From Gekko japonicus (Eukaryota): DNA of 64,000 nucleotides. Shown piece after piece: positions 34,541 through 46,700 of the stretch. The translations under genes and the position numbers were made by a program. Positions within the stretch are counted from its first letter, which is position 1. Each line of letters begins with the position of its first letter. The DNA is taken from contig NW_015175443.1 of assembly GCF_001447785.1 (NCBI RefSeq), positions 14,976 to 78,975 on the forward strand, in the 5' to 3' direction. The notes under the pieces are model-generated. The model was not told the DNA's origin. It made no database searches and saw nothing but the letters and a program-made list of their open reading frames with translations.

Positions 34541-37500
34541 GAATCATGGCAGGCTGACATCTCTGAAGAAGCAGAGAAACATCGCAATCAGGAACATTGG
34601 CAGGAAAGAGGATTCCAGCCAGTGAAATATTCCTGGATTAAAAGGAGTTTGTGAGATAACCCACTTGTACTCCTGATGGCTGCTGTTCCTGAATAAATTC
34701 CTCCATTTCTACAGTCAGCTCATGAGTTTCAGTGACCAGGAGTCTTGGGACTTCATCCATGCTCACACCTGCAGTGTAGTCTATATGGACACTAAGCCCG
34801 GCCATCCTTGTTTCTTAAGGATTTATGGAAATAATTACTGTATAGACAAAGAGAGATTTCCTCTAAGGCAAAGACAAGTCTCCATAGAGTGGGCTAAGCC
34901 TTTTTTCGGGATTATAAAAATAAAAAATTATCTGAAGGATTTATGGACTTAAGAACTTTTGGCAAAAAAAGCTTAATAAATAGAAATAGAAGAAAGTTTT
35001 GAAATGGAGAAGGGGACAACAACTCTAATTTTTACTATTTTATTCTTATTCCTGATGAAAGTGCTTATGTAGCAAAGTTACTAGCTAAAGAGACCAGATC
35101 TCTGTGGGATTATTTTTTGCTTACTCTACAAGACTGAACTTAATTGGGGGACTTTACACAAACAAAAGATAAGGTAATAACTCAGACTGTGGCTTCTGTT
35201 GCTATGGTGATGAGACTTAAAGTTGTGGAGAGTGAAAGTGCTGAGATTCTAGATCTCTAAGATTCTAGATCTCTAAGACTTGTTTTTGGATGTTATCATA
35301 CTATGGCAAATATCAGAAAAAACACAAAAGATGGTAGGGGGTGATCAATAGATTTACCTGTAGAAAAACAGTTACACTGGATTTGCTCCATAAATTATTT
35401 GAACAAATGGGAAACAAGATGGAAGATCTTGGAAATAAAATCATAGAATCATAGAATGTTAGAGTTGGAATGGACCTTGCAGGTCATCTAGTCTAACCCT
35501 CTGCACTCTGCAGGAGCATAGCTGAAAGATAGCCCTACAACATACCCGAAAGATGGTCATCCAGCCTCCACTTGAAAATGTCCAGCGAAGGAGCATCCAC
35601 CACCTCCTGAGGCAGACTGTTCCACTGTTCAACCACTCTTACAGTTAGGAAGTTTGTCCTGATATTTAGCCGGAAACAACTCCCTTGTAATTTCCACCCA
35701 TTAGATCTAGTCTTGCAATCCGGAGCAAGAGAGAATAGCTCTGCTCCATCTTCTACATGACAGCCCTTCAAATACTTGAAGACTCCAATCATGTCCCCTC
35801 TAAGCTTTCTCTTTCCTAGGCTAAACATACCCAACTCTTTCAGCCTTTCCTCATAAACTTGGATTAAAACCCTCTCACCATCCTGGTTGCCCTCTTCTGG
35901 ACACGTTCAAGCCTGTCAACATCCTTCCTAAAATGTGGTGCCCAAAACTGGACACAGTACTCCAGGTGAGGCCTTACCATAGCAGAATAGAGAGGAACTA
36001 CCACTTCCCGTGATCTGGACACAATGCTTCTGTTAATGCATCCTGAGATTGCATTAGCTTTCTTCACAGCCACATCGCACTGCAGGCTCACGTTTAGCTT
36101 GTGATGGAAACTTTTGAAAAAAGAATGGATAAAAGGCTTGTAAAGATAAAACAGGAGATGACAGAAGAAGTAAAAAAATTGGAAAGCTCTATGAAGTAAA
36201 TATCTGGGAAGGTAAAGCAAATCAATAACAAAGTAGAAATTTTGAGAATTAGATAATTTGGCTTTAATGGAATTGAGAGAAAAAGAATTTTGTTTGCGAT
36301 TTAGAGCTATTCCAGAGGTTTCTGGTGAAGATATCAGAGAAAGGATTATTACAATTTTGGTTATTTGAATTTTTTAATTAGGAGGAGGAAGATATGGAGA
36401 TAGAAATTGATGTTTGTTGAATAAATTCTAGATTTGTCAGAACAAGAAATATCCCAAGGGATATTTTGGTTCATTTCATGAGGAAGATAAGGGATCCAGT
36501 TCTCCAACAATATTATACTACAAGATTAAAAATTGACAATACAGATATAATTGTTCTGAACGAAATCTCTATTAGAATATGTAAGAGAAAAAATTATGCC
36601 TGAACTGAAAAATTAAAAAAGAAAAGGATTGTTTTTCGATGGAATACCTTGGAAGGTGTGATTTTTACTATTAGGAAGCAGATATTTAGACTGAACTCAG
36701 TTCAAACGGCTAGAGATTTCTTAGAAAGATTTAAAAGAGATCTGGAAGATATGCAAATGGAAAGCACAGCAGAATCCACACAAAAACAGCAACAGGATTC
36801 CAGAAAGAAAGACACTGAGTTAGGTGCCACAAGTACTAACTAACATTTTTAATTATTCTTTTTTTTTTTTTTGACCTGATTATGGATTACAAATGTTTAA
36901 CATGGAACTTCAATAGAGCAAACACCCCTCAAAAGAGAGAGAAAATATTTCATTATTTGAAAAAAATAAAACAAGGTATTATTTGTATACAAGAGACTCA
37001 TATCAGGCAAAAAAGATATAAAATATTTGGTTTATAAAAGCTTTGGCAAAGAATTTATCTCAGCAGACATTTAAAAGAGAAATGGAGTTGTTTTGTATAT
37101 TAAACCTCATCTAAAACCAGAACCCGTACTGAGTGATGATCATGGCAGATTTGTGGGTGTAGAAGTCAATTTACATGGGGTTAAGACTATGATGGTAGGA
37201 CTATATGCCCCAAATGAAAATAAAGTAGTGTTTTTAAAAAGACTTATGGAGAGCTTAATAAATTTACCTTATGAAATTGGTGTTTGAGATGGAGGGATGG
37301 AATGGAGTGATTTTCCCACAAATGGACAGGACTTCTGAGAAAAATATTAAAATGCTTTAAGGTAAACTACCAAAAGTTTTCTTTGATTTGATGGATAATT
37401 TGGGGGTGGTTGACTTATTGAGACATAAAAATGGTAGTTCGAGAGAGTATACATATTTTTCAGAAAAACATAGATCCTTTTCAAGAACAGACATAATTTT

Positions 37501-37883
37501 GACATCAAGAAATTTAGCTACCAAGATCTCTAAAGCAGCGATCTTACCAAAGACCTTTTCAGAGCATAACCCTGTGATTATGGTATGAAAAAGAAAATCC
37601 AGTACTTTTAGACGGAGATTAAATGAAGCTCCGTTACAAAATGAAGCAATTGTCAGACTGCAAGGAAGTTTCTGAAATTAACTTAAATAAGGGCACTGAC
37701 TTGAGACTGGTTGGGCATTCAAGTAAAACCTTTATTAGAAGTTACCTAATACAACTAAACACCCAACTTAAGAGGAAGAGGCAAGAGAAAACACAAAATA
37801 TTTTGGATGCGATAAAAAGAAAAAAATTAAAGAACTCCCCAGGAAATATAAATTTTTCTCAACAAATTAAGATTTTACAGAAA
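34540..37883 (+). mobile_element. L1-clade LINE 5' part: 5'UTR, degenerate ORF1 and APE endonuclease
   Basis: ORF1-like [27 protein letters not shown]; EN motifs TWNFN, CIQETH, GLYAPN, YTYFS..H.SFSR.D, SEHNPV from ~36882. The 5' boundary is approximate. Confidence 0.75.
35440..36105 (-). mobile_element. CR1 LINE 3' fragment nested in the L1
   Basis: (ATTCTATG)n-type 3' repeat; ORFs [20 protein letters not shown] and FSLGKRKLRGDMIGVFKYLKG. Confidence 0.9.
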
Positions 37884-38183
37884 GAGCCAGTTTGGTGTAG
37901 TGGTCAGGGCTTTGCTTAAAAAAAAAAAAAAAAGAGGTGCCAGAACCCTCAAGAGGGAAATGAAGTTTTCAATCTGTATACGTAAGACTCATGAACTTTT
38001 AAACATTTTTAAAAGAATTTTGTGAAAAAGGTTCCAGAACTCTGTTCCAGCGCGTTCCCTCAGAAAAAAAGCCCTTGTAGTGGTTAAGAGGCGTGGACTC
38101 TAATCTGGAGTACCGGGTTCGATTCCCCATTCTTCCACACATAGCCAGCTGGGTGACCTTGGGTCAGTCACAGTTCTCTCAAA
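37884..38183 (+). mobile_element. Squam3-like SINE head interrupted by a hAT MITE (37905-38076)
   Basis: SINE GAGCCAGTTTGGTGTAGTGGT|TAAG is split by an element with CAGGGCTTT/AAAGCCCT ends and 8-bp TSD GTAGTGGT (37897-37904/38077-38084). Confidence 0.8.
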
Positions 38184-38189
38184 GCTTAC

Positions 38190-39330
38190 TTACCCATTAG
38201 TGCCAGAGTCTCTGTCTGAGATGCTGATCAGGGCAACCACTGTCTCCAGCATGGAGTCCTCAGGGACACATACTGATAGAGGTCACTGACACCTCTAGGA
38301 CATTGTCATTCATATCCATTATTTCAGTTATAACATTACAGTGTCCAGATTGGGGGGGGGGGGGTTCCTTTGTCTTTCACTTCAGTTTCCACATCATAAA
38401 CATTCATCTCTTCATAGTCCACTTTTCTTGTCACCCTCATGTCATCTGTATCTGAATCTATACTAAATGTATTTCTTATATTGGGAGAAATGTGCTTACT
38501 GAAGAAGTAAGATATCTCCTTATTAATTCCCTCATCTAAGTCTGCTGCATTGAGTTGAATAACTAGCAGTCCAGCCAACACACTTCCTAATAACCACTCT
38601 ATAGACAGACTGATAAATTGCTTGTGCATTATCATTTGCTTCCATCACAGAGAGTTCGACATGCACCAGGCCTGTGAGTTCTGGGAGACCCCCAGCACTA
38701 ACTGTCAGCAATAAATAACAATGACTTCTTGGTCCACAGGTTTCTTTATTATATGTGCTAAGGATTTACTGCGCTTGTCATTGATCCTCTCTTCCACAAC
38801 AAAATAGTTAGAGGAACTGAGCTTGTACGTCAGCTGAGCATTATTACCAACATCTGCATTAGAAGTTCCCTTAAGAGGGAACCAGGTACCTGGCAGCATC
38901 AATTCCACAATGCTCAGCATCTGTTCCCTAGCAGAGAAGATAAAAGCATTATCATTTATATCTCTGATCTCCACTTCTACATGGAAGACCCTCAAGGGTT
39001 TGTCCAAGATCACCTCCAGATGAATGGTGCACACGGGATTCAGCCCACAGAGTTCCTCCCTGTCTATTGGGAAATTCACAAACAAAATCCCGTTTTGCAC
39101 ATTTACTTCCAAATAATCCTTGTGGTCTTCAGGAACCATCCGGAACTGTCGAGGCACCAGCTTACTCACCTCCAAGCCCAGATCTTGAGCAAGGCAGCCC
39201 ATGAAGATGCCAAGCTGGGATTTCTCTGACAAGGAGTGGTGGAGTTGGCTGCTCCCCATCTGATAGGCTGCATAGGACAGAATCAGATGCAGCAACTGCC
39301 TCCTTACCTGGCCATCCACAGCAACTGAAA
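38190..39330 (-). pseudogene. Degenerate Pcdh-alpha variable exon (signal-EC1-EC3 and start of EC4 only)
   Basis: ORFs 38705..39319 and 38336..38635 align to EC1-EC3 with frameshifts and stops; no in-frame ATG evident; homology ends after DRDSGTNG at ~38193. Confidence 0.9.
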
Positions 39331-39520
39331 GTACTGATGTTCTTTTGTAAATTATCTGATTATAGCTGAGTTCCTGTTGGGAGTCCTGTGTATAAGCGAG
39401 TTAATCCTTTTATGTCCATTTATGTCCAAGATCTGACACTTCCTATGCAGCAACCCACCAAATTTTGATCCAGTTAGAGGGAGGAGCAGATCCATTTATT
39501 TAAAAAATCCTGTTAGTCAG

Positions 39521-39537
39521 CAGCTCCCCCTGTTTTT
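39521..39537 (-). promoter_or_regulatory. Degenerate CSE of the pseudo-exon
   Basis: TTAGTCAGCAGCTCCCCCTG at the position homologous to TTAGACAACAGTGACCCCTTG, next to the shared AGGGAGGAGC motif. Confidence 0.4.
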
Positions 39538-41335
39538 CACAGTTATTTCTTTGTTCTCTAATCAGGAAAATGGATTTATTGCATAAGACAAACATAATGT
39601 GTTTTTCTCTAACAGGTTTGATGTGAGGATAAAATGTACATTGGGAGAGGGAGAAAATGCATAAGCCACAAAATATTCTTTGGATGAAGGATAAGATGAA
39701 ATTATTGTTGCTGTTGTTTTGTTGTTATTTAACTTCATGTTAATGGTAATTCTTGCATCACCCTAAATAACTGGCAAAGCATCACTTATATATTACTAGA
39801 TTACAATAGAGCATGTTGTTCGAAATAGTATGCCATTCACTAATACTCAGTCCTAAACATAGTTACTGGAAAAGGGAGGGTTTTTTGTTAATTCCAATGG
39901 AACTTATTTTCAAGAAAATATCAAATTGTAAGAAGAGTATTAAGAACAGGTCTTACCCAGGAACGATGTTTAAGGTTCATATCCAGATTTTCCATCCAAT
40001 GGAACCATCATGTGTTAGTCATGTTGTTGTTTTTTTACAGAGCTACACAGATAGTTATTGATACCGTTAATTTACAGAAGCAGCTGAACAGAGGATGACG
40101 ATAGGATGCATTTAATTCCTCCATGGGCGTACAAAGACAAAGTTGTCTTAGAAAAGAATCACAAATAAAAACAAAGAGTCTACATATCATATTGCTTTAG
40201 TAAANNNNNNNNNNNNNNNNNNNNNNNNNNNNNNNNNNNNNNNNNNNNNNNNNNNNNNNNNNNNNNNNNNNNNNNNNNNNNNNNNNNNNNNNNNNNNNNN
40301 NNNNNNNNNNNNNNNNNNNNNNNNNNNNNNNNNNNNNNNNNNNNNNNAAGTATAGTTTTTACAAGAAGTATATTGCAAAAAAATAAGAAGTAAACTTACA
40401 TTTATTCAAGTAGATCCAGCTCACATTCAGGATGCAGTCAAAGGGAAGACAGAGAAGCCTAATCTAAAGAGTACTTGTCCAGCATCACGTGTGTGGGAGT
40501 ATGAGGGCACTGTATCTACAAGAGAGACCTGCAGAGACATGTGTCTCCATGGAAGGAGTGTGAGAAGATAAGAGGAGTGAGAGAGGAGGGGTCAGAAGGT
40601 AGCTCCCAGGTTAAGACAAAGAGAGGCATCCCATTCAAGGAGATACCACACACACATATATATACACTTAGAGTGATATAACACCCCCAATGTCCAGGCA
40701 TGATAAGTTGCTCACTCCAACACAGACGACTTATACTGAGTCAGATCACTGGCCTATCAAGTTCTGTACTGGCAGTAGCTCTCCATTGTCTTTCACCTTA
40801 CCTACTACCTGAACATTTTTAACTGGAGATGCCTGGAACTGAACCTGGGACCCCCTGCATGCAAAGTAGATGTGTTACCATTGAGCCACAGCTCTTCCAT
40901 CCCATTTCATTCTTCTCAATTGTTTGACCCAACACATGTTTACAAGATCCACTGCCAAAGCAGCCATTTTGACACTCAATCTATAGTATGTGGGAAAAAT
41001 TATTCAAAAGAAGCTCTTAAAACAAACATAAATGCTCCTGGGTATCCAGCATTCTAGTCTGTAATTATTTCTTTGATAACAGTCTGTTTTAGAAAGTTAA
41101 AATCTGTAAGCACTAACATCCCCTTTTTAACACATTACATAACATTTTCTTAATGCTACGAGTCAAATCTGTAAGACATTTCATAGTTTAAAATGGCCTC
41201 CCCACAAGAAAGAATGTCCTTTTCAGTGTGCTGACAACAGATAACCTGGAATATTTGGTATGCCCATCAATGGAAGTATGTTTCAGGATAACAGACAATG
41301 AAGACCTCCCTTATTTTTTCCTGATATGTGGAATT

Positions 41336-41685
41336 AAGGTAAAAGTAAAGGTCTCCCTTGCTTGAAAGCCAGTTGAATCCGGCTCTAGGGTTGCGGTGCT
41401 CATCTCCATTTCAAAGCCGAAGAGCCAGCGCTGTCCGAAGATGTTTCCGTGGTCATGTGGCCGGCATGACTAAACACCAAGGCGCACGGAACGCTGTTAC
41501 CTTCCCACCAAAGTGGTACCTATTTATCTACTTGCAATTTCTTGCTTTCGAACTGCTAGGTTGGCAGGAACTGGAACTAGAGATCGGAGCTCACTCCATC
41601 ATGCGGCACCCGGGTCTCGAACTGCTGAACTACTGACTTTCCACAGCCTGCAGTTCAGCGTCTTAACCACTTGAGCCACCGCAGC
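41336..41685 (-). mobile_element. Sauria SINE
   Basis: Reverse complement of the 3097-3451 family. Confidence 0.88.
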
Positions 41686-43349
41686 ACTTGCAGCACGAAT
41701 TACAGCACTACTAAATAACTTCTCAGAGTGTTTTGCTATCTGCTACCCCATAACCAAACTCATTTACTAGGACATAAGTTCCTTATACAATAGAAGGACA
41801 TTCAAATAAATGTGTTGAGACTCAGGGTTAGCTCACTGAAGCATTACAAGAATGACAAAAAGGTCCTAATCCGGGACAAATCCTCATATCAGAGCAGAAT
41901 CCATTAATTAGAAGGGCCTACAGTATACAGGTGCCACTACCATAAATGAGGACAATATTATTTCAAAAATTGCTGATCATTTTCCAAAACATGCAGTTAC
42001 ACATAGCTTACATTATGTCAATATTCTGATATTCTTGAGTTTAGTGAGATGTTCTAAGAAAAACCCTTCTCACTCTCTGTATCACAGGAGCAGCACATTA
42101 TTTTTGTAAAGTCGTGTGTGTGTGACATTTTCTAGTGCACAGCTTCTGCTCTCACCTTGGCTGATTCTCCACTGGCTTTTCCCTCCGTTGTTTTATGAAA
42201 CCCACGTTGGAACAGAAATTCCCCTCTGCATTGCATGCTGGTTTCACTTCGTATGATCATCGGGTTTTATGATAGCTTCCACACTCCATGCCACTTTCGC
42301 TTTCTTTCATCATTGGATTTTATTGTAACTTTTGCACAGATTAATGGCCGTTTTATGGCCACTCAGGGATGACTTTGCAGTCAGTACAGTGTAGCCCCGA
42401 GGTATTTGAATTTGGTTTGAGCTGCACTTTTTCCTCCCGGTTGAGAAAATGTGGAGTGAATGCTGGATGCAGAATTGCCCCTTATTACATTCCTTGACTT
42501 ATCCCTCAGACCACTAAGCATAAGCCCTTCTGAAGCAGACACTAGAAACTTATTTTTGTGTGTGTGAAAGGAAGTTGTTGGTGGGAATCACTCCAGAAGG
42601 GGAAGGGGAAAGCAATACTAATTACCTCAGATTCCTATTCTACTTCCCCAGGCTTCCCCTGTAATAGCACCACACAGTCCAGCACAGTTATTTCTTAACA
42701 TTGCCTTACTGACCACTCACAACACACCCAATAATCAAAAGCTATTTGGTCACTGCTCTAGGAAGGTGTGATGTGTGTGAATAGAGAACTCAGGAAAATG
42801 TCACAGTTGGATCCTACCGTTCTGTTGAATCCGTGCTTGCATATTCCTATGGTGTAAACACCCTTTGACTGACAGAAAGAAGGCTGCTCTATCCCTCCAT
42901 CAACTGAAGTGGGGAGGAGGTGGCTGGGTTTGGCCACTGGCTGGTGGGAAGGGAGAGCAAGCCAAGGAAGGGGCATATATGGACCTTCATCAGGCAGGCC
43001 CTCTTTGGCCACAGCAAATGGAAGAGCCCAAGTGGAAGAGATCATCAACAGAACTACATGCAATAAGTACCAGGGGGCTGAGGTCTGGGGTGATGCTTAA
43101 CTCAGCAGAAGGGGTCTTGCAACAGAGGAATGTGTGGGTACCAATTAAGATCTATCCCATTACTTTTCCAGAATGAGCGTTACTTGCTAACCTAAAATGA
43201 GGGTTTCTTCCTAATCTAAGTACTCAAAATGGATATTTACTGAAACTAAGATTAATTAATCCTGTAGCTAATTACTAAAACAAGTTCTCGTTCAGAGTCA
43301 CAGACATCACATAAAGCTTGACAGGAATAACTCATAATCAATTACTAAC

Positions 43350-45704
43350 CGTTGTGCAGAGCAAGTCCTGCTGCTTCCCATTCTCAACACAAGCAGGGAT
43401 GTTGGGACTGAAAACCATGAGGTCACTCTTGGCACCAGGCTCCCCACTCACCCCTGCCAGGATGTGGCTGTGGCGATTGGAATATGACCAGCTGCCCACT
43501 TCACTGGCACACACCAGCGTGGCTGTGCCAGGGCCATACATAATTTCCTCCTTGGCCTGGCTCTGGCATCGCAGGGCCACATACACGAGGATCACCAGCA
43601 GGAACAAGCTGGACACCGAGCAGATGGCGATGATCAGGTAGAGATTGGCGGTGTCTGCCAGGGGCTTTGCATTTCCTCCTGTCCTGGGAAGACGGACATC
43701 AGTTTTGATGGCTTGGGTATTTGCCACCAGAGACAAACTCAGAGTGGCCGTGGCTGAGAGTGGAGGCTTGCCATGGTCCTTCACCACAACCAGAAGGTTC
43801 TGGCTGCTTCCACCCTCTACCTCATCCAAGATGCGTGTGGTGCTGATCTCACCACTGTACAGTCCCACTCGCCAAGGGCCACTGTTTGCTTCAGGCAGCT
43901 CATAGCGAAGCCAGGCATTGTATCCTGAGTCAGAATCCAGGGCACGGATCTTGCCCACAACATGTCCAGAAGCTACAGGGATTACCAGCAAAGCAGGAGG
44001 CTCCTCCATCGACTGTGACACTACAGGTGTGTTGTCATTCTCATCCAACACAAAGACTTGGATGGTCACGTTGCCACACAAGGAGGGCAGTCCAGCATCC
44101 TTGGCCCTCACCTGGAACTCCAGCAGCTTCACCTCCTCGTAATCCAAGGGCTGCAGGGCATACAGCTTCCCACTCTCCGAATGCACTGAGATGTAGCTCG
44201 ACAGCGGCCAGAGCTTCTCATCCAGCCAGTAGCTGACCAAGGCGTTCTCCGCCACATCTGGGTCCGAGGCAGACACCGTGAAGATGTGAGCACCTGGAGG
44301 ATTGTTCTCCTTCACAAAAATGGTGTAGGAGGGCTGTGCAAAAGTGGGTGCGTTGTCATTCACATCACTGATTGGCACCACCAGGCTGCTGCTGGCTGAC
44401 AGTGGTGGGTCTCCTTGGTCTTGGACCTTCACTATCAACCCATACTCAGCTACCTGCTCACGATCTAATGGCTCAGAAAGTACCAGCGAGTAATAATTCT
44501 TGAAGGTGGACGTCAGCTTGAATGGGAACTTGGGGGGCCACAAAGAGCAATTTATTTTCCCATTGGCCCCAGAGTCTCTATCTGCGACACTGATCAAGGC
44601 CACCACCGTCCCAGGGGGGGAGTCCTCTGGAACTGGCACAGACAGGGACGACACTGACACCTCTGGTGCATTGTCATTCACATCCAGCACCTCAATGATC
44701 ACTTGGCAATGCCCAGACAATGGAGGGTTGCCTTTATCTTTTGCTACAATTTGTAAATCAAATACATTAATATCTTCAAAATCCACATTTCCATTTACAT
44801 TGACTTCCCCTGTGTTGGAATTTATGCTAAAAATCTTTTGAAAATTTGGCGATACATGGATACTAAAAGAGTAAGAGATTTCTTTATTAATTCCCTCATC
44901 TAAATCAGTGGCATTTAGTTTAATAACCAGAGTTCCAGCAGCTGCATTTTCCAGCAGCCTTACCCTGTAAACTGTCTGGTTAAAGACAGGGGGATTGTCA
45001 TTTGTATCCAGCACACTGATCACCAGCTGGATTGTGCCAGAGAGCTGTGGTTGGCCTCCATCAGTGGCTGTGAGTGATAATCGATGCACAGAGGTCAGCT
45101 CCCGGTCCAATGGCTTCTTTAAAACAATTGCTAAAGGTTTATTGTGTTCATCTATTTTCTGCTCTATTGTGAAGTATTCATTGGAACTGAGCTTGTAGGT
45201 CAACTGAGCATTAGAACCAATGTCAGAATCTGAGGCTCCTTCTAATGGGAATTGAGTACCAGGTACAGTGATCAGTTCTGCTATGCTCAGTATTTGCTCA
45301 CTTGCAGAGAAAATGGGAGCATTGTCATTTATGTCCCTGATCTCCACCTCTACGTGGAAGATCCTGAGGGGTTTATCCACAATCACTTCCAGGTGAATGG
45401 CACAAACTGAGTTCTTGTAACACAGCTCCTCCCTGTCTATCCTGGAATTAACAAACAGAATCCCATTCTGAACATTTACCTCTAAATAATCCTTGTGGTC
45501 TTTGGAGACCATCCGGAACATCCGAGGCACCAGCTCACTCACCTCCAGCCCCAGGTCTTGAGCGATGCGGCCCACAAAGGTGCCATGCTGGGATTCCTCC
45601 GGCACGGAATAATGGAGCTGGCCGCTCCCCATTTCCCAGACGGTGTGGAATAAAACCAGCTGCAGCAGCCGCCTCATCGCACAGTCTGCCTTCGAAGCAA
45701 CCAT
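43350..45704 (-). CDS. PCDHA: Protocadherin-alpha variable exon V4, intact
   Basis: Open 785 codons from ATG 45704 to putative phase-0 donor ACG|GTTAGT at 43350/43349; six EC repeats, TM and alpha-type VCD. Confidence 0.93.
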
Positions 45705-45939
45705 GCCAACTCACACATCAAAGCCACCAGAGTCCTTTTTAAAATATATGTATCAATCCCTTTCTTTAAAGGAGTAAAGAATCCAGTGATCTCCTCTGAA
45801 ATGGTATTTATTAAATCCTTTGAATAGATTCCAGGAGAGTTGTATTCCGTATCCGTGATCCCTCTTGAGATGGTGACAGGCAGAATTTTCAGGGAGGAGC
45901 TCTGGGTTTTCGGTCTTCCTTAAATATTTTCTTAGGCTG

Positions 45940-45956
45940 CAGTGACCCCTTGTGAC
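45940..45956 (-). promoter_or_regulatory. CSE / CTCF site of V4
   Basis: GTCACAAGGGGTCACTG, 236 bp upstream of the ATG; conserved although the surrounding 5' region differs from V1-V3. Confidence 0.78.
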
Positions 45957-46346
45957 TGAATTTTGAAACTGAAGATCAAACTGTCCACATTTTACTAACC
46001 AGTTTCTTATAACCTTTTGCTTATCCATTTGATATTATAAACTCTGGTTTGCAAGTGAAGTTCTTAACACCCACTGGTTTTTCTCATGGGGAGCATCACC
46101 CATGTGCAACACTGGCTATTGTTCACTTGACAACTTGAATCTGGATACGTGAACTAACTCTCTGGGAAAATGTTGCATGTGATGTGACATCTAGTGATGT
46201 TCTGACATCTTATCATTTAACTCAGTGGTCATGATGTAAATTGATGTCAGTACAAACACTGTTAAATATTCAGGATTTGGAGACAGAGCACTGTAGTTAA
46301 CAAATAATGTGGACAGAATTGTTAATGTTCATGTAAGCATGTAAGC

Positions 46347-46700
46347 GGAGCTGCGGTGGCTCAAGTGGTTAAGATGCTGAACTGCAGGCTGCAGAAGGTC
46401 AGTAATTCAGCAGTTCGAGACCCGGGTGCAGCAAGACGGAGTGAGCTCCCGTCTCTAGTTCCAGCTCCTGCCAACCTAGCAGTTCGAAAGCAAGAAATTG
46501 CAAGTAGATAAATAGGTACCACTTCGGTGGGAAGGTAACAGCGTTCCATGCACCTTGGTGTTTAGTCATGCCGGCCACATGACCACGGAAACATCTTCGG
46601 ACAGCGCTGGCTCTTCGGCTTTGAAACAGAGATGAGCACCGCAACCCTAGAGTCGGATTTGACTGGCTTTCGCGCAAGGGAACTTTTACCTTTACCTTTA
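46347..46700 (+). mobile_element. Sauria SINE
   Basis: Family homology and (ACCTTT)n tail. Confidence 0.88.

Noticed and set aside
40187-40378. ORFs spanning N runs (also 1792..2007, 5949..6380)
   Set aside because: Artefacts of assembly gaps.
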